Shown here: in pieces, positions 55,500 through 64,000 of the stretch
Position numbering within the stretch: position 1 is the first letter of the stretch
Layout of the letters: every line of letters starts with the position of its first letter
Assembly (NCBI GenBank): GCA_012267415.1
Contig: JAAXGN010000108.1
Location: forward strand, 157,805-221,804
Source: Candidatus Poribacteria bacterium
GTDB taxonomy: Bacteria; Poribacteria; WGA-4E; WGA-3G
Reading direction: 5' to 3'
Length of the DNA: 64,000 nt
The notes under the pieces: generated by a model
What the model saw: only the letters and a program-made list of their open reading frames with translations
Told to the model about the DNA's origin: nothing
The model's database searches: none
Translations under genes and position numbers: made by a program

Positions 55500-56684
55500 A
55501 TGTTTGATGAAATGAGAGACCGCATGGCTGAAAAAGAACAACGTAGAAATCGTCTGCGTTCAATAGTTCTGTTGTCGCTTATACTCCACATGGCTATTGC
55601 CATTGTCTACATTTTTGTGCCGTTAAGTCGTGTTGCTGATCAACCTGAAGACTCCCTGGCTTTTGACGTATTTGAAGAACCTGACCGACTGTTAGAGCGG
55701 AGAATCAGACCGAAGACGCCTTTGACACAGCAACGGCTTGATCCGTCTCAGAAGTTGGCGAGAGATGCCGAACAGAAAAAGATAAACTCCGCAAAGAACG
55801 AACGCGCTGAAGTTGTAAAACTGAGTGAACAGATCGTGTTACACGATGTTGAGATCAATAAAGCACCCGTTGATGATATTCTACCGGATGTGATGACGGA
55901 TGCGAAGTTGAGAGAAGCTGAAGCGTCAAACCTGAGTCGCCTGCTTTCACAACCCGGTGAAACAGATGGTCGCGGCGATGTTACCGGAAGAGTACGTGCC
56001 AGAGGAGACGGAACGGGGATATATCACGGTCTCGGTCAAGATGGTGGTGGCGGCGGACTCGTTGAAGGTGGCGGCAGACCTGGTGGCAATGATCCACTCG
56101 GTATGGGTAGATTTCTCGCTAGTCTTGATGGACCTCAGGATGTCGTTTTCTGTCTTGATATATCCGCAAGTATGCAAGCTGCGGGTTTAAATAAACTTGA
56201 TCTGGCACTTAATTCATTAAAGGATACTGTGATGATGCTTGGCACCGATGACACATTCAATATCGTTCCATTCTCTTCTACCGCAAGACTCATGAGTGAG
56301 AAACTGCTTGAGGCAAACGACACAAACATTAGTCGTGCATTGATGTATCTTGACACATTCACCCCAGAGAGAATTCAAAACAATGTAGGCACTAATATCC
56401 TTGCTGCACTTGATAAAGCGATTAAGCAGAATTCAACTGCCATCGTTCTTGTAACTGATGGACTTCCAACGACAATGAAGGGACACAAAATTGAAATTGA
56501 TCCTGAGAAAATACTTGAATTCGTGTCGAAGCATAACGTCAACAAAGCACGAATATTTGTCGTAGCACTTGAAATTGATTTACAACGTTCACCTGGCGCG
56601 TATCTGCTTAGTTCGCTTGCACATCAGAGTAAAGGTGACATCAAGGTTGTTGGATCTGAAAAGGTTGATGAGTTAAACCAATAA
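55500..56684 (+). CDS. vWA domain protein with an N-terminal transmembrane anchor.
   Basis: Transmembrane segment LRSIVLLSLILHMAIAIVYIFV. A G-rich linker. MIDAS motif VVFCLDISASMQ ... VLVTDGLPT. Confidence 0.7.
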   Translation: MFDEMRDRMAEKEQRRNRLRSIVLLSLILHMAIAIVYIFVPLSRVADQPEDSLAFDVFEEPDRLLERRIRPKTPLTQQRLDPSQKLARDAEQKKINSAKNERAEVVKLSEQIVLHDVEINKAPVDDILPDVMTDAKLREAEASNLSRLLSQPGETDGRGDVTGRVRARGDGTGIYHGLGQDGGGGGLVEGGGRPGGNDPLGMGRFLASLDGPQDVVFCLDISASMQAAGLNKLDLALNSLKDTVMMLGTDDTFNIVPFSSTARLMSEKLLEANDTNISRALMYLDTFTPERIQNNVGTNILAALDKAIKQNSTAIVLVTDGLPTTMKGHKIEIDPEKILEFVSKHNVNKARIFVVALEIDLQRSPGAYLLSSLAHQSKGDIKVVGSEKVDELNQ

Positions 56685-56950
56685 CCTTACACATTCCTTG
56701 TTATACCATTTCTGTTAATCGTTCTGTCATTACCATGTTGTTAGGAATGAAACGGAGAACGGGACAGACTAAAAGTTTATGCTATAATACCTTCACCAAT
56801 AATAGACAATCTGTTATATTATGTGTGTTGTAGCAACATGAGTGTCATATTTAGGAAGTTAATTTTCTGGGATTTCTTTAGTCCCGTAGGGACTGAAGAG
56901 GGGACATTTCCAATCACAATGCATATTCACAATACATATTAATGATAGTA

Positions 56951-56985
56951 AAAAACACTTCAGCATAAAACTGAAGTGCTAAAAA
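56951..56985. terminator. Candidate bidirectional intrinsic terminator hairpin.
   Basis: AAAAA-CACTTCAG-cataaaa-CTGAAGTG-CTAAAAAAT: an 8-bp perfect stem flanked by A/T runs, between the vWA gene (+) and the SDR gene (+). Confidence 0.5.
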
Positions 56986-57051
56986 ATGGCGAAGGTATTA
57001 ACAATAAAGAGGTATTTTCAATTAGAGAAATAGAAATGGCATTAGTTTATT

Positions 57052-57858
57052 ATGGATCATAAATCGGCTTCAGACACAATACGGCATTTTCGGTTAGATG
57101 GTAAAGTCAGTCTCGTGAGCGGAGCAAGTCGCGGCATCGGCAGAGCCATGGCAGAAGGACTTGCAGGAGCAGGTTCAGACCTCGTCATCACAGGCAGGAA
57201 GATAGAAACGCTCTTACCTGTGGCGCAACAGATCGCTGACGAAACGGATAGAAAAGTTATTCCTATTCAGTCTGACGTTGGCAACCTTGATGAGATTGAT
57301 TCGCTTGTTGAGGATGCCGTCAAGGGTTTCGGAAAGATAGATGTATTGGTGAACAACGCTGGTGTAAACGTGCGTAATCCTGCTCTGGAATTCTCTGAGG
57401 AGGATTGGGATTTTGTTACGGATGTCAACCTGAAAGGTGCGTTTTTCCTTGCAAAAGCATGCGGTCAAGTCATGCGACAACACGGTGGCGGTAAGGTTAT
57501 CAATACGCTATCACTCACCTCAGCAATTGGATTACCAACAAGTGTGGCTTATACTGCTGCAAAGGGTGGTCTCTTGCAATTAACAAAGTTACTTTCTGTT
57601 GAATGGGCGGAGCACAATATACAGGTCAACGGAATCGCACCCGGTTTCATCCGCACTGAGATGACTGCTCCCGCGCAAGAAGATAAGCGAAATGAATGGA
57701 TACTCAGTCGTACTCCCGCAGACCGATGGGGTGAACCCGAAGACTTAGCTGGGTTGACAATTTTCTTTGCATCCAATGCTTCCGACTTTGTTACCGGTCA
57801 GATGGTATTCGTTGATGGTGGTTTTATGGCAGGTAGCGATTGGAGGAAGCAGACATAA
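57052..57858 (+). CDS. SDR-family oxidoreductase (FabG / gluconate-5-dehydrogenase-like).
   Basis: VSLVSGASRGIGRAMAEGL (TGxxxGxG), NNAG and the YxxxK region (VAYTAAKGG). Confidence 0.85.
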   Translation: MDHKSASDTIRHFRLDGKVSLVSGASRGIGRAMAEGLAGAGSDLVITGRKIETLLPVAQQIADETDRKVIPIQSDVGNLDEIDSLVEDAVKGFGKIDVLVNNAGVNVRNPALEFSEEDWDFVTDVNLKGAFFLAKACGQVMRQHGGGKVINTLSLTSAIGLPTSVAYTAAKGGLLQLTKLLSVEWAEHNIQVNGIAPGFIRTEMTAPAQEDKRNEWILSRTPADRWGEPEDLAGLTIFFASNASDFVTGQMVFVDGGFMAGSDWRKQT

Positions 57859-58086
57859 ATGGAATCCGAGTCAACGTTAACTGCTCTGGAGCATGCAAAA
57901 AAGTGTCTCGCAGAACATAAGATCAAGAATGTCAGATTGTTTGATCACAAACCGGTATTGAGAATTCAGGTCACCGAAGCAGATTTTGAACGTATCCTTG
58001 ATATGCGAACCGAACTTATTGAACAACTAAAATCTACAGGTTTCCGTTTCATTGCTATTGACCTTGAGTATAACAGTGAAAAATAA
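57859..58086 (+). CDS. Small hypothetical protein, possibly a remnant of the C-terminus of a PP-loop (LarE-like) ATPase.
   Basis: 75 aa. FRFIAIDLEY resembles the ...V.LDLEGYR tail of LarE-type enzymes. It starts 1 nt after the SDR stop. Confidence 0.3.
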   Translation: MESESTLTALEHAKKCLAEHKIKNVRLFDHKPVLRIQVTEADFERILDMRTELIEQLKSTGFRFIAIDLEYNSEK

Positions 58087-58390
58087 TACTGATTAATTTC
58101 TAATGTATCTCTGAAGATACCCATCAGGGAGTGTAAAGTATTTGGCAAAATATGCACAGAAAACCTGTAGGAGCGATCTCCGAATCGCGACCTGTCGGGA
58201 ATCGGAGTTCAAATCAACGGTATGAATGCCATTTAGGCATTCACCGCCTACAATGAATATGTCGGTTAATGCCAAAAACTTTAAGCACCCTACCCGTCAA
58301 CAAAACTTGAATAAATCACAGAAATGTAGTATAATTTACCAACGGTACATGCAAATTTAGGAGTAAAAGTCGATACAGGTAAGGAGACAC

Positions 58391-59455
58391 ATGCCGAATT
58401 CTGATCCTGAACCAGCACCAAAAAAAGAACTTGTCACAGCATACCTAAAGAAAGTCAAAACTAAAGTAGATGCATGTATCTTTGACTTTCTTCCTACCAC
58501 ACATGAACATCCAGATATACAAGAATTATATCAGATGATATTAGACTATCCGCAACGTGCGGGTAAAGGATTAAGACCTGCTCTCTGCTTACTCTTGTGT
58601 GAGGTATTTGGCGGTGATCCGAAACGAGCTGTGAATACAGCAGCGGCATTAGAACTGCTTCAGAATTGGCTCCTTATACATGACGATATAGAGGACGGAT
58701 CGGAATTACGTAGAGGTGAACCGTGTCTGCATCAGAAACATGGCATCCCTATGGCAATAAACGTCGGTGATGCATTACACTGCAAAATGTGGGAGATGCT
58801 ATACAGGAATACCGAGATTCTTGGAGAGAACCTCTCACTCAAAATCTTGTCAGAATTTATACAACTCAGTAACCAGGTCGTTGAAGGGCAACACATAGAA
58901 CTGAGCTGGGTGCACAACAATCAATGGGATATTGATGAAGATGATTACTTAAGGATGTGTATACAGAAAACCGCTTGGTATACATGTATAACACCGTGTC
59001 GCTTGGGCGCAATCATCGGTGGTGCAACCGTTGAGGAGACGGATGCTTTTATTGAAATAGGAAAATCGCTCGGCATTGCATTCCAGATCCAGGATGATGT
59101 CCTAAACTTAATCGGTGACGTTGGCAGATATGGCAAAGAGATCGGAGGAGACATCAGCGAAGGAAAAAGAACGTTAGTCCTGATACATCTTATCAATTCA
59201 TGTAATCCACCGGAAGCGAATGCTGTTATTGAGATCATGTCACATAACAGGGATGAGAAAGACGAAACAGAAATACACAAAGTCTTGCAGTTGATGAAAA
59301 AATACAATTCTATTCAATATGCACAACAATGTTCTACAAAATTTCTTATGCAAGCAGCAGAAAAGTTCAAGCAGGATTTCAAGCATGTTCCCAACAATAA
59401 AGCAAAGCAGCTGTTTCTATCACTAATTCATTTTTTCGTTGAACGCGAATACTAA
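58391..59455 (+). CDS. Polyprenyl diphosphate synthase (trans-isoprenyl diphosphate synthase).
   Basis: First DDxxD motif LLIHDDIEDGSELRRG and second FQIQDDVLNLIGD. Confidence 0.85.
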   Translation: MPNSDPEPAPKKELVTAYLKKVKTKVDACIFDFLPTTHEHPDIQELYQMILDYPQRAGKGLRPALCLLLCEVFGGDPKRAVNTAAALELLQNWLLIHDDIEDGSELRRGEPCLHQKHGIPMAINVGDALHCKMWEMLYRNTEILGENLSLKILSEFIQLSNQVVEGQHIELSWVHNNQWDIDEDDYLRMCIQKTAWYTCITPCRLGAIIGGATVEETDAFIEIGKSLGIAFQIQDDVLNLIGDVGRYGKEIGGDISEGKRTLVLIHLINSCNPPEANAVIEIMSHNRDEKDETEIHKVLQLMKKYNSIQYAQQCSTKFLMQAAEKFKQDFKHVPNNKAKQLFLSLIHFFVEREY

Positions 59456-60548
59456 AAGAAGGAGAATGTATTATATGGCAAATAATGGAATTTCATCTGG
59501 TAAATTGAGAGGACTGATGAAACTGGCAGATTCAAACGGCAGATTTAAGATGATGGCAATAGACCAGCGTGGTTCTATGGTTACAAAACTCTCAGAAGTA
59601 CTTGATATTGAAAAAACAGATGTTAAATACGATGATGTCGCTGCTGTCAAGACTTTAATCACACGGATTCTTTCACCCAATGCAACTGCTGTGTTGACTG
59701 ATCCAATCTATGGACATCCATATTCATTAACAGAAATCCCGAGAGATGTAGCGTTGCTGTTGGCTTATGAGGAGTCAGGATATGTAAGCGAAGGTGCCAG
59801 TGAAAACGAAAGACTATCCAATCCAATTGAAAACTGGACTATCGCAAAAGCACAACGCGCAGGGACTGATGCTATAAAACTACTTGCCTACTACCACCCA
59901 GATGCTTCACCTGTAACATTGAAACATCAACAGAAGTTCGTAAAGCATGTTGGCGATGAATGTGAGAAACAGGACCTCCCATTCCTGCTTGAACTTGTTA
60001 GCTATGCACTTGAAGGAACTACGAAAAGTGTCGAATTTGCCAAGCAGAAACCTGACTTAGTGATACGAAGTGTAGAAGAATTCACTGCTCCAGAATATAA
60101 AGTAGACATCCTGAAATTAGAATTCCCCGCAGATCTGAAGTATACGACTGAGTACCAAGACCATGCATTTTATGCAGGTGATTCCGCCTACGACTTAGAT
60201 GAAGTCAAGGATGTATGTAACAAATTAGATGAAGCATCAACGTTACCGTGGGTTATCTTGAGCGCAGGTGTGGATATTGAAGAATTTATTGAAAATGTGA
60301 AACTTGCTGCAGCTGCAGGGGCAAGTGGTTTCTTGTGTGGACGCGCTATCTGGAAAGATGCAGTGGATTTTTATCCTGATACAGCTGCTGTTAGACAGTT
60401 TCTTGAAAATGAAGCAACGACTAATTTCCACAATGCAAATGCTGCCGCAGAGACTGCGTTACCCTGGTTTGAGCATCGTAATTTCGGGGGTGTGGAAAAC
60501 ATCAGTCTGTCTAAACAATCTGAAAATTGGTATCAGGACTATTCATAG
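59439..60548 (+). CDS. Class I aldolase of the LacD / tagatose-1,6-bisphosphate aldolase family (DUF2090-like).
   Basis: KMMAIDQRGS matches the LacD AFDQRG motif. It has a TIM-barrel-like alternation. The likely start is the internal MANNG at about 59475. Confidence 0.45.
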   Translation: MNANTKRRRMYYMANNGISSGKLRGLMKLADSNGRFKMMAIDQRGSMVTKLSEVLDIEKTDVKYDDVAAVKTLITRILSPNATAVLTDPIYGHPYSLTEIPRDVALLLAYEESGYVSEGASENERLSNPIENWTIAKAQRAGTDAIKLLAYYHPDASPVTLKHQQKFVKHVGDECEKQDLPFLLELVSYALEGTTKSVEFAKQKPDLVIRSVEEFTAPEYKVDILKLEFPADLKYTTEYQDHAFYAGDSAYDLDEVKDVCNKLDEASTLPWVILSAGVDIEEFIENVKLAAAAGASGFLCGRAIWKDAVDFYPDTAAVRQFLENEATTNFHNANAAAETALPWFEHRNFGGVENISLSKQSENWYQDYS

Positions 60549-60763
60549 TGTTCTGTCAAGTCTTCTGTGTAGGTCGGGTAGACTAGTGATCTGTCAAGTT
60601 TAGAATTAATGGTAAATGTCGCGATTCGGAGATCGCTCCTACAGAAAAGATGCGTCTTGTAAGAGGGAACTCCGATTCCCGACTATTACCGATACCCACA
60701 ATTTGACACTTGACAAAGCACTAGAGGAACGCACTAATCGCATTCAGTAATCTCTCTGAATCA

Positions 60764-61246
60764 TTAAGAGGATAACACTTTTTCAATTTTCTGAAGAATT
60801 TTTTGTGCAATTGCCAGTGTGGTTTCAGCAGTGACGAGTCCACCAATTTCTGCGACAAGTATCACAATAGTGTCTCGTACAAAAAGCCAATTGGCTCCTG
60901 TTTGCCAGACTGAGTCTCCGAGTTTGATTTCATCTAAGGAAACGGGTTGATAGGCTGAAACGGGACCACCGAGTTTTAGTAACGTTCGTGAGGTAAGTCG
61001 TTTGCGACCTTCATCTGCCGCAGTATTGGCTTTATCAGTTGAATCAAAAAACCAATAATGTATTGCAACCTGTTCAGCGGGTTTTTTATTCAACCACCAC
61101 CTATCTCGCCAACCAAAAAGTGCTATCGGTTCGGCGGGGGCAGTTGGGGAATAAAGTTCTTGGGAAGAACTTAAACTCGCCGAGTATTCTGATAAGTCTT
61201 CTGCCGTTAACTGAATTGATTCCAATGTAATATTCATAATAAACAT
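60764..61246 (-). CDS. Hypothetical protein.
   Basis: 160-aa ORF with clean codon structure and no recognisable motif. Confidence 0.4.
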   Translation of the reverse strand: MFIMNITLESIQLTAEDLSEYSASLSSSQELYSPTAPAEPIALFGWRDRWWLNKKPAEQVAIHYWFFDSTDKANTAADEGRKRLTSRTLLKLGGPVSAYQPVSLDEIKLGDSVWQTGANWLFVRDTIVILVAEIGGLVTAETTLAIAQKILQKIEKVLSS

Positions 61247-61631
61247 GTTACCATGTCCACAACCGAATTTCTAATAAAAATGTTCTGTTTTATTGAATAT
61301 TTTTAACGAACAGAGCAACAAACAGATTAGCACATCTATATAATACCCAATAAATATGGTAGAATATGGAATTTTTTGTGCATTCTGCAAACAGTGCGAT
61401 TAGATGAAGTTTAATGAAATATTTCGGTAATAAACGGGCAATAAATTGCCCTACTACAAACGATCAGGTTCGTAGTAGTGCGATTCATCGCACGTTCCAA
61501 CATTACCGAATTAAAAAATTAATCTTCATGAAATCGCACCTACCGACGGATGAAAGTGTATAATTGTTTTCATATTTCACCATGAATAATATTATCAGAG
61601 AAAGATACCTTTAGTGTTCTGCACATAGATT

Positions 61632-62834
61632 ATGAAAATCCTTTCACGATACTGCCTTAAAGAGTTCATTCCACCATTCTTAATATCCCTTATCTGTTTC
61701 ACTTGTATCATACTTTTTGATGAACTTTTTCGTCTCATTAAACTTTTTGTCAAGAAGGGTGTAGGTCCAATATATCTCATCGAATCGCTTTTGTATATTG
61801 CACCAGCGACGGTTGTTTTATCTATTCCGATGGCAGCATTAGTTGCTATTCTACTGGCGTTAGGCCGTCTGGCAACGGATTCAGAGATAATGGCAATGCG
61901 GGCAAATGGTGTCGGTCTACACCAACTCATGATCCCTCTACTTGCTATGACTGTTCTTTTAAGTGTTATTGATCTCGCAGTGATTGAATATGTGCTGCCG
62001 CAAGCCACTCAGGCTTCCGTAAAACTCAAACGGGATATTCAAAAACATAATCCTGCGCTTATTTTAGAGGAGGGGACAATCATGAAGGAACTTCAAACGA
62101 AAGGTAAACTCTGGATGTATGAGTCAACTGACCCAGAAACAGAACGACTTCAAAATGTCAGAATATGGGATGAAATCTATCAAGGGCAACCACGTTTGAC
62201 AATAGCGAGAACTGCAATGCTCAGTTATGAAGGCAGCGAGGCAAAGTTGACACTATACGATGGACATACTTATGAACCGGTAATCGATAAATCTGACGGA
62301 TATAGAATAACGCAATTTCAGGAACAACAGATCGCACTTGACTTTACAAAAGACCTACAGCGGCGTGATTATACATCACAACATCCACAGACAATGCGGA
62401 TTGGACAACTCAGCACATATATCGGACAGTTAGCTGCCTCAATTAAACCGGATAAACCCTCTACATATACACTTAGCAGGCTCCGTTATGCCAGAGTTGA
62501 ATACCACAAGAAATTTGCTTTGCCATTTGCTTGTTTAGCATTTGGACTAATCGGGATTCCTCTCGGAATTATGGTGAAAAAAAATGGAAAAATGATAGGT
62601 TTTGGCATCGGTTTAAGTTTGATACTGCTATACTATCTATTGCTTCAAATTGGACAAAGCACAGGAACAAACGGACAAATGCACCCCGCATTTGCAATGT
62701 GGTTACCAAATTTTGTTATTGGCACTATAGGACTCATCCTCATTGCCACTATATTTTACGAAAACAAAGTAAGGTCATTTATGAACAGAGAAAGAAAAAT
62801 GCCTATCGTAGTAAATAGCAGAGCGGTAACTTGA
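61632..62834 (+). CDS. lptF: LPS export permease of the LptF type (YjgP/YjgQ family).
   Basis: MKILSRYCLKEFIPPFLISLICFTCIILFDELFRLIK is the canonical LptF/G N-terminus. Six transmembrane segments with a periplasmic beta-jellyroll insert. Confidence 0.75.
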   Translation: MKILSRYCLKEFIPPFLISLICFTCIILFDELFRLIKLFVKKGVGPIYLIESLLYIAPATVVLSIPMAALVAILLALGRLATDSEIMAMRANGVGLHQLMIPLLAMTVLLSVIDLAVIEYVLPQATQASVKLKRDIQKHNPALILEEGTIMKELQTKGKLWMYESTDPETERLQNVRIWDEIYQGQPRLTIARTAMLSYEGSEAKLTLYDGHTYEPVIDKSDGYRITQFQEQQIALDFTKDLQRRDYTSQHPQTMRIGQLSTYIGQLAASIKPDKPSTYTLSRLRYARVEYHKKFALPFACLAFGLIGIPLGIMVKKNGKMIGFGIGLSLILLYYLLLQIGQSTGTNGQMHPAFAMWLPNFVIGTIGLILIATIFYENKVRSFMNRERKMPIVVNSRAVT

Positions 62835-63916
62835 TGGAAAACTCAGGAATGCGTTTGACCATCCTTGACCGTTATCTGATTATAGAATACCTAAAAGCGT
62901 TCTTTGTTGGTTTCTTCTTCTTTAGTGCACTCGTCGTGATTGTTCGTCTTTTAGATAAAGACATCAAGTATTTTGATGAAGATACCACCTACCTTTATGC
63001 GCTAAAAATTGTCCTGTTACAGGCTCCAAGACGGATAATGGAGATAGTACCAGTATCAGGATTTGTTGCGATATTTTTCGTCCTTGGTCGCCTGGTCAGA
63101 AACAATGAATTTGTTGCAATGAAAGCTGGGGGTATTAGTGTATATCGCGTTTTAATTCCAGTTATACTTGTAACGTTAATTCTCTGTGTACTCTTCTCTA
63201 TCTTTTATAATAGGGTTGCCTCCCCAGCCTATCATCAAGCAAACCTGTTGCAGAAAAAAACGGGTCCAACTTTCCGAAGATACCTTCCATTCATAGGTAA
63301 AGGAAATCGCGTTTTCTATCTAAATAGTATCAAACTCAATGATAAGAATATTCATGGGATCACAATTTGGGAAACAAGCGACGATGGCCTAATTGAACGT
63401 AGTATCTATGCTAAGAAGGCAACATGGACAGATACACACTGGTTACTCACTGATGGGAATATCCGTTACTTTGAAAATGAGGTCGAGGTGGGTTTTGAAA
63501 CATTCAAGGAGAAACTATTAGAACGATTCGAAGAACCGGAACGATTTATTGGAAGCGACAAAGATCCACGAGGGATGACAATTAAGGAACTTAGAGAACA
63601 GATCGTATACAAAAAAGAAGCAGGACAAATATCACGGATAGAACAGGTAAAACTGCACCATAAAATTGCCTATCCTTTCGCAGCAGTTGTCGTTGTCATG
63701 TTAGGAGCACCGATCGCAATTCGGTTCGGTAAAGCCGGCTTTTTTGCTGGACTGGTCATTGCATTTTTCCTTGTCTTCATCTATTGGGCACTCTCCTTTG
63801 CGACATTTGAAGGCTTGAGTGAAAACGGAAAACTTCATCCATTCTTAGCATGTTGGGGAGCGAATATCCTATACGGAATTGTCGGTGCCATCCTCATCTG
63901 GCGTACACCGAAATAG
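62831..63916 (+). CDS. lptG: LPS export permease of the LptG type (YjgP/YjgQ family).
   Basis: LTILDRYLIIEYLKAFFVGFFFFSALVVIVRLLD. Same architecture as lptF, with a 4-nt overlap to it. Confidence 0.75.
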   Translation: MMENSGMRLTILDRYLIIEYLKAFFVGFFFFSALVVIVRLLDKDIKYFDEDTTYLYALKIVLLQAPRRIMEIVPVSGFVAIFFVLGRLVRNNEFVAMKAGGISVYRVLIPVILVTLILCVLFSIFYNRVASPAYHQANLLQKKTGPTFRRYLPFIGKGNRVFYLNSIKLNDKNIHGITIWETSDDGLIERSIYAKKATWTDTHWLLTDGNIRYFENEVEVGFETFKEKLLERFEEPERFIGSDKDPRGMTIKELREQIVYKKEAGQISRIEQVKLHHKIAYPFAAVVVVMLGAPIAIRFGKAGFFAGLVIAFFLVFIYWALSFATFEGLSENGKLHPFLACWGANILYGIVGAILIWRTPK

Positions 63917-64000
63917 TCAATAGACAAGGTTCAACTCAATTCTAATGTTCTGTCCAGTTTAAAATTGCTGTAACCCCGTTCGTAGTAGGGCAATTGATTG

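Overview
This is a 64 kb, gene-dense chromosomal segment from a Gram-negative bacterium, roughly 40-45% GC by eye. LptF/LptG permeases place it among diderms, and a T9SS-type C-terminal sorting domain hints at an FCB-group-like or candidate-phylum lineage. Housekeeping genes are recognisable by motif: purC, purD, disA, a cyclophilin PPIase, a KamA-family radical-SAM enzyme, a GH3/NagZ glycosidase, an SPFH protein, an SDR, a polyprenyl synthase, a MacB-like ABC pair and a hotdog thioesterase. Several accessory modules are interleaved with them. (1) A five-gene minus-strand operon is centred on an STT3/PglB/AglB-like oligosaccharyltransferase with a DWDYG motif, alongside a Dpm1-like GT2 and a SAM methyltransferase. 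(2) A conserved MoxR-DUF58 cluster with DUF4129/DUF4350-like partners and a convergent SpoIIM-like membrane protein. (3) A compact M-R-M restriction-modification operon with two paralogous beta-class N4/N6 methyltransferases flanking a small putative endonuclease. (4) A WD40 gene, split by a frameshift, carrying dockerin-like repeats and a T9SS C-terminal domain. (5) An AT-rich stretch with an Rpn/DUF4351 gene remnant and a Uma2-family endonuclease. (6) A DUF4159 / vWA / giant coiled-coil membrane-protein cluster. Non-coding DNA is unusually rich in short dispersed palindromic repeat families, at least five, one of which shows compensatory stem changes. There are also two tandem arrays (4x33 bp upstream of the PPIase, 3x~50 bp at 48.85 kb) and a candidate ECF-sigma promoter motif that recurs elsewhere. 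Three apparent frameshifts suggest draft or metagenome-quality sequence, or genuine pseudogenes. I saw no rRNA, tRNA, CRISPR array, integrase or intact transposase.
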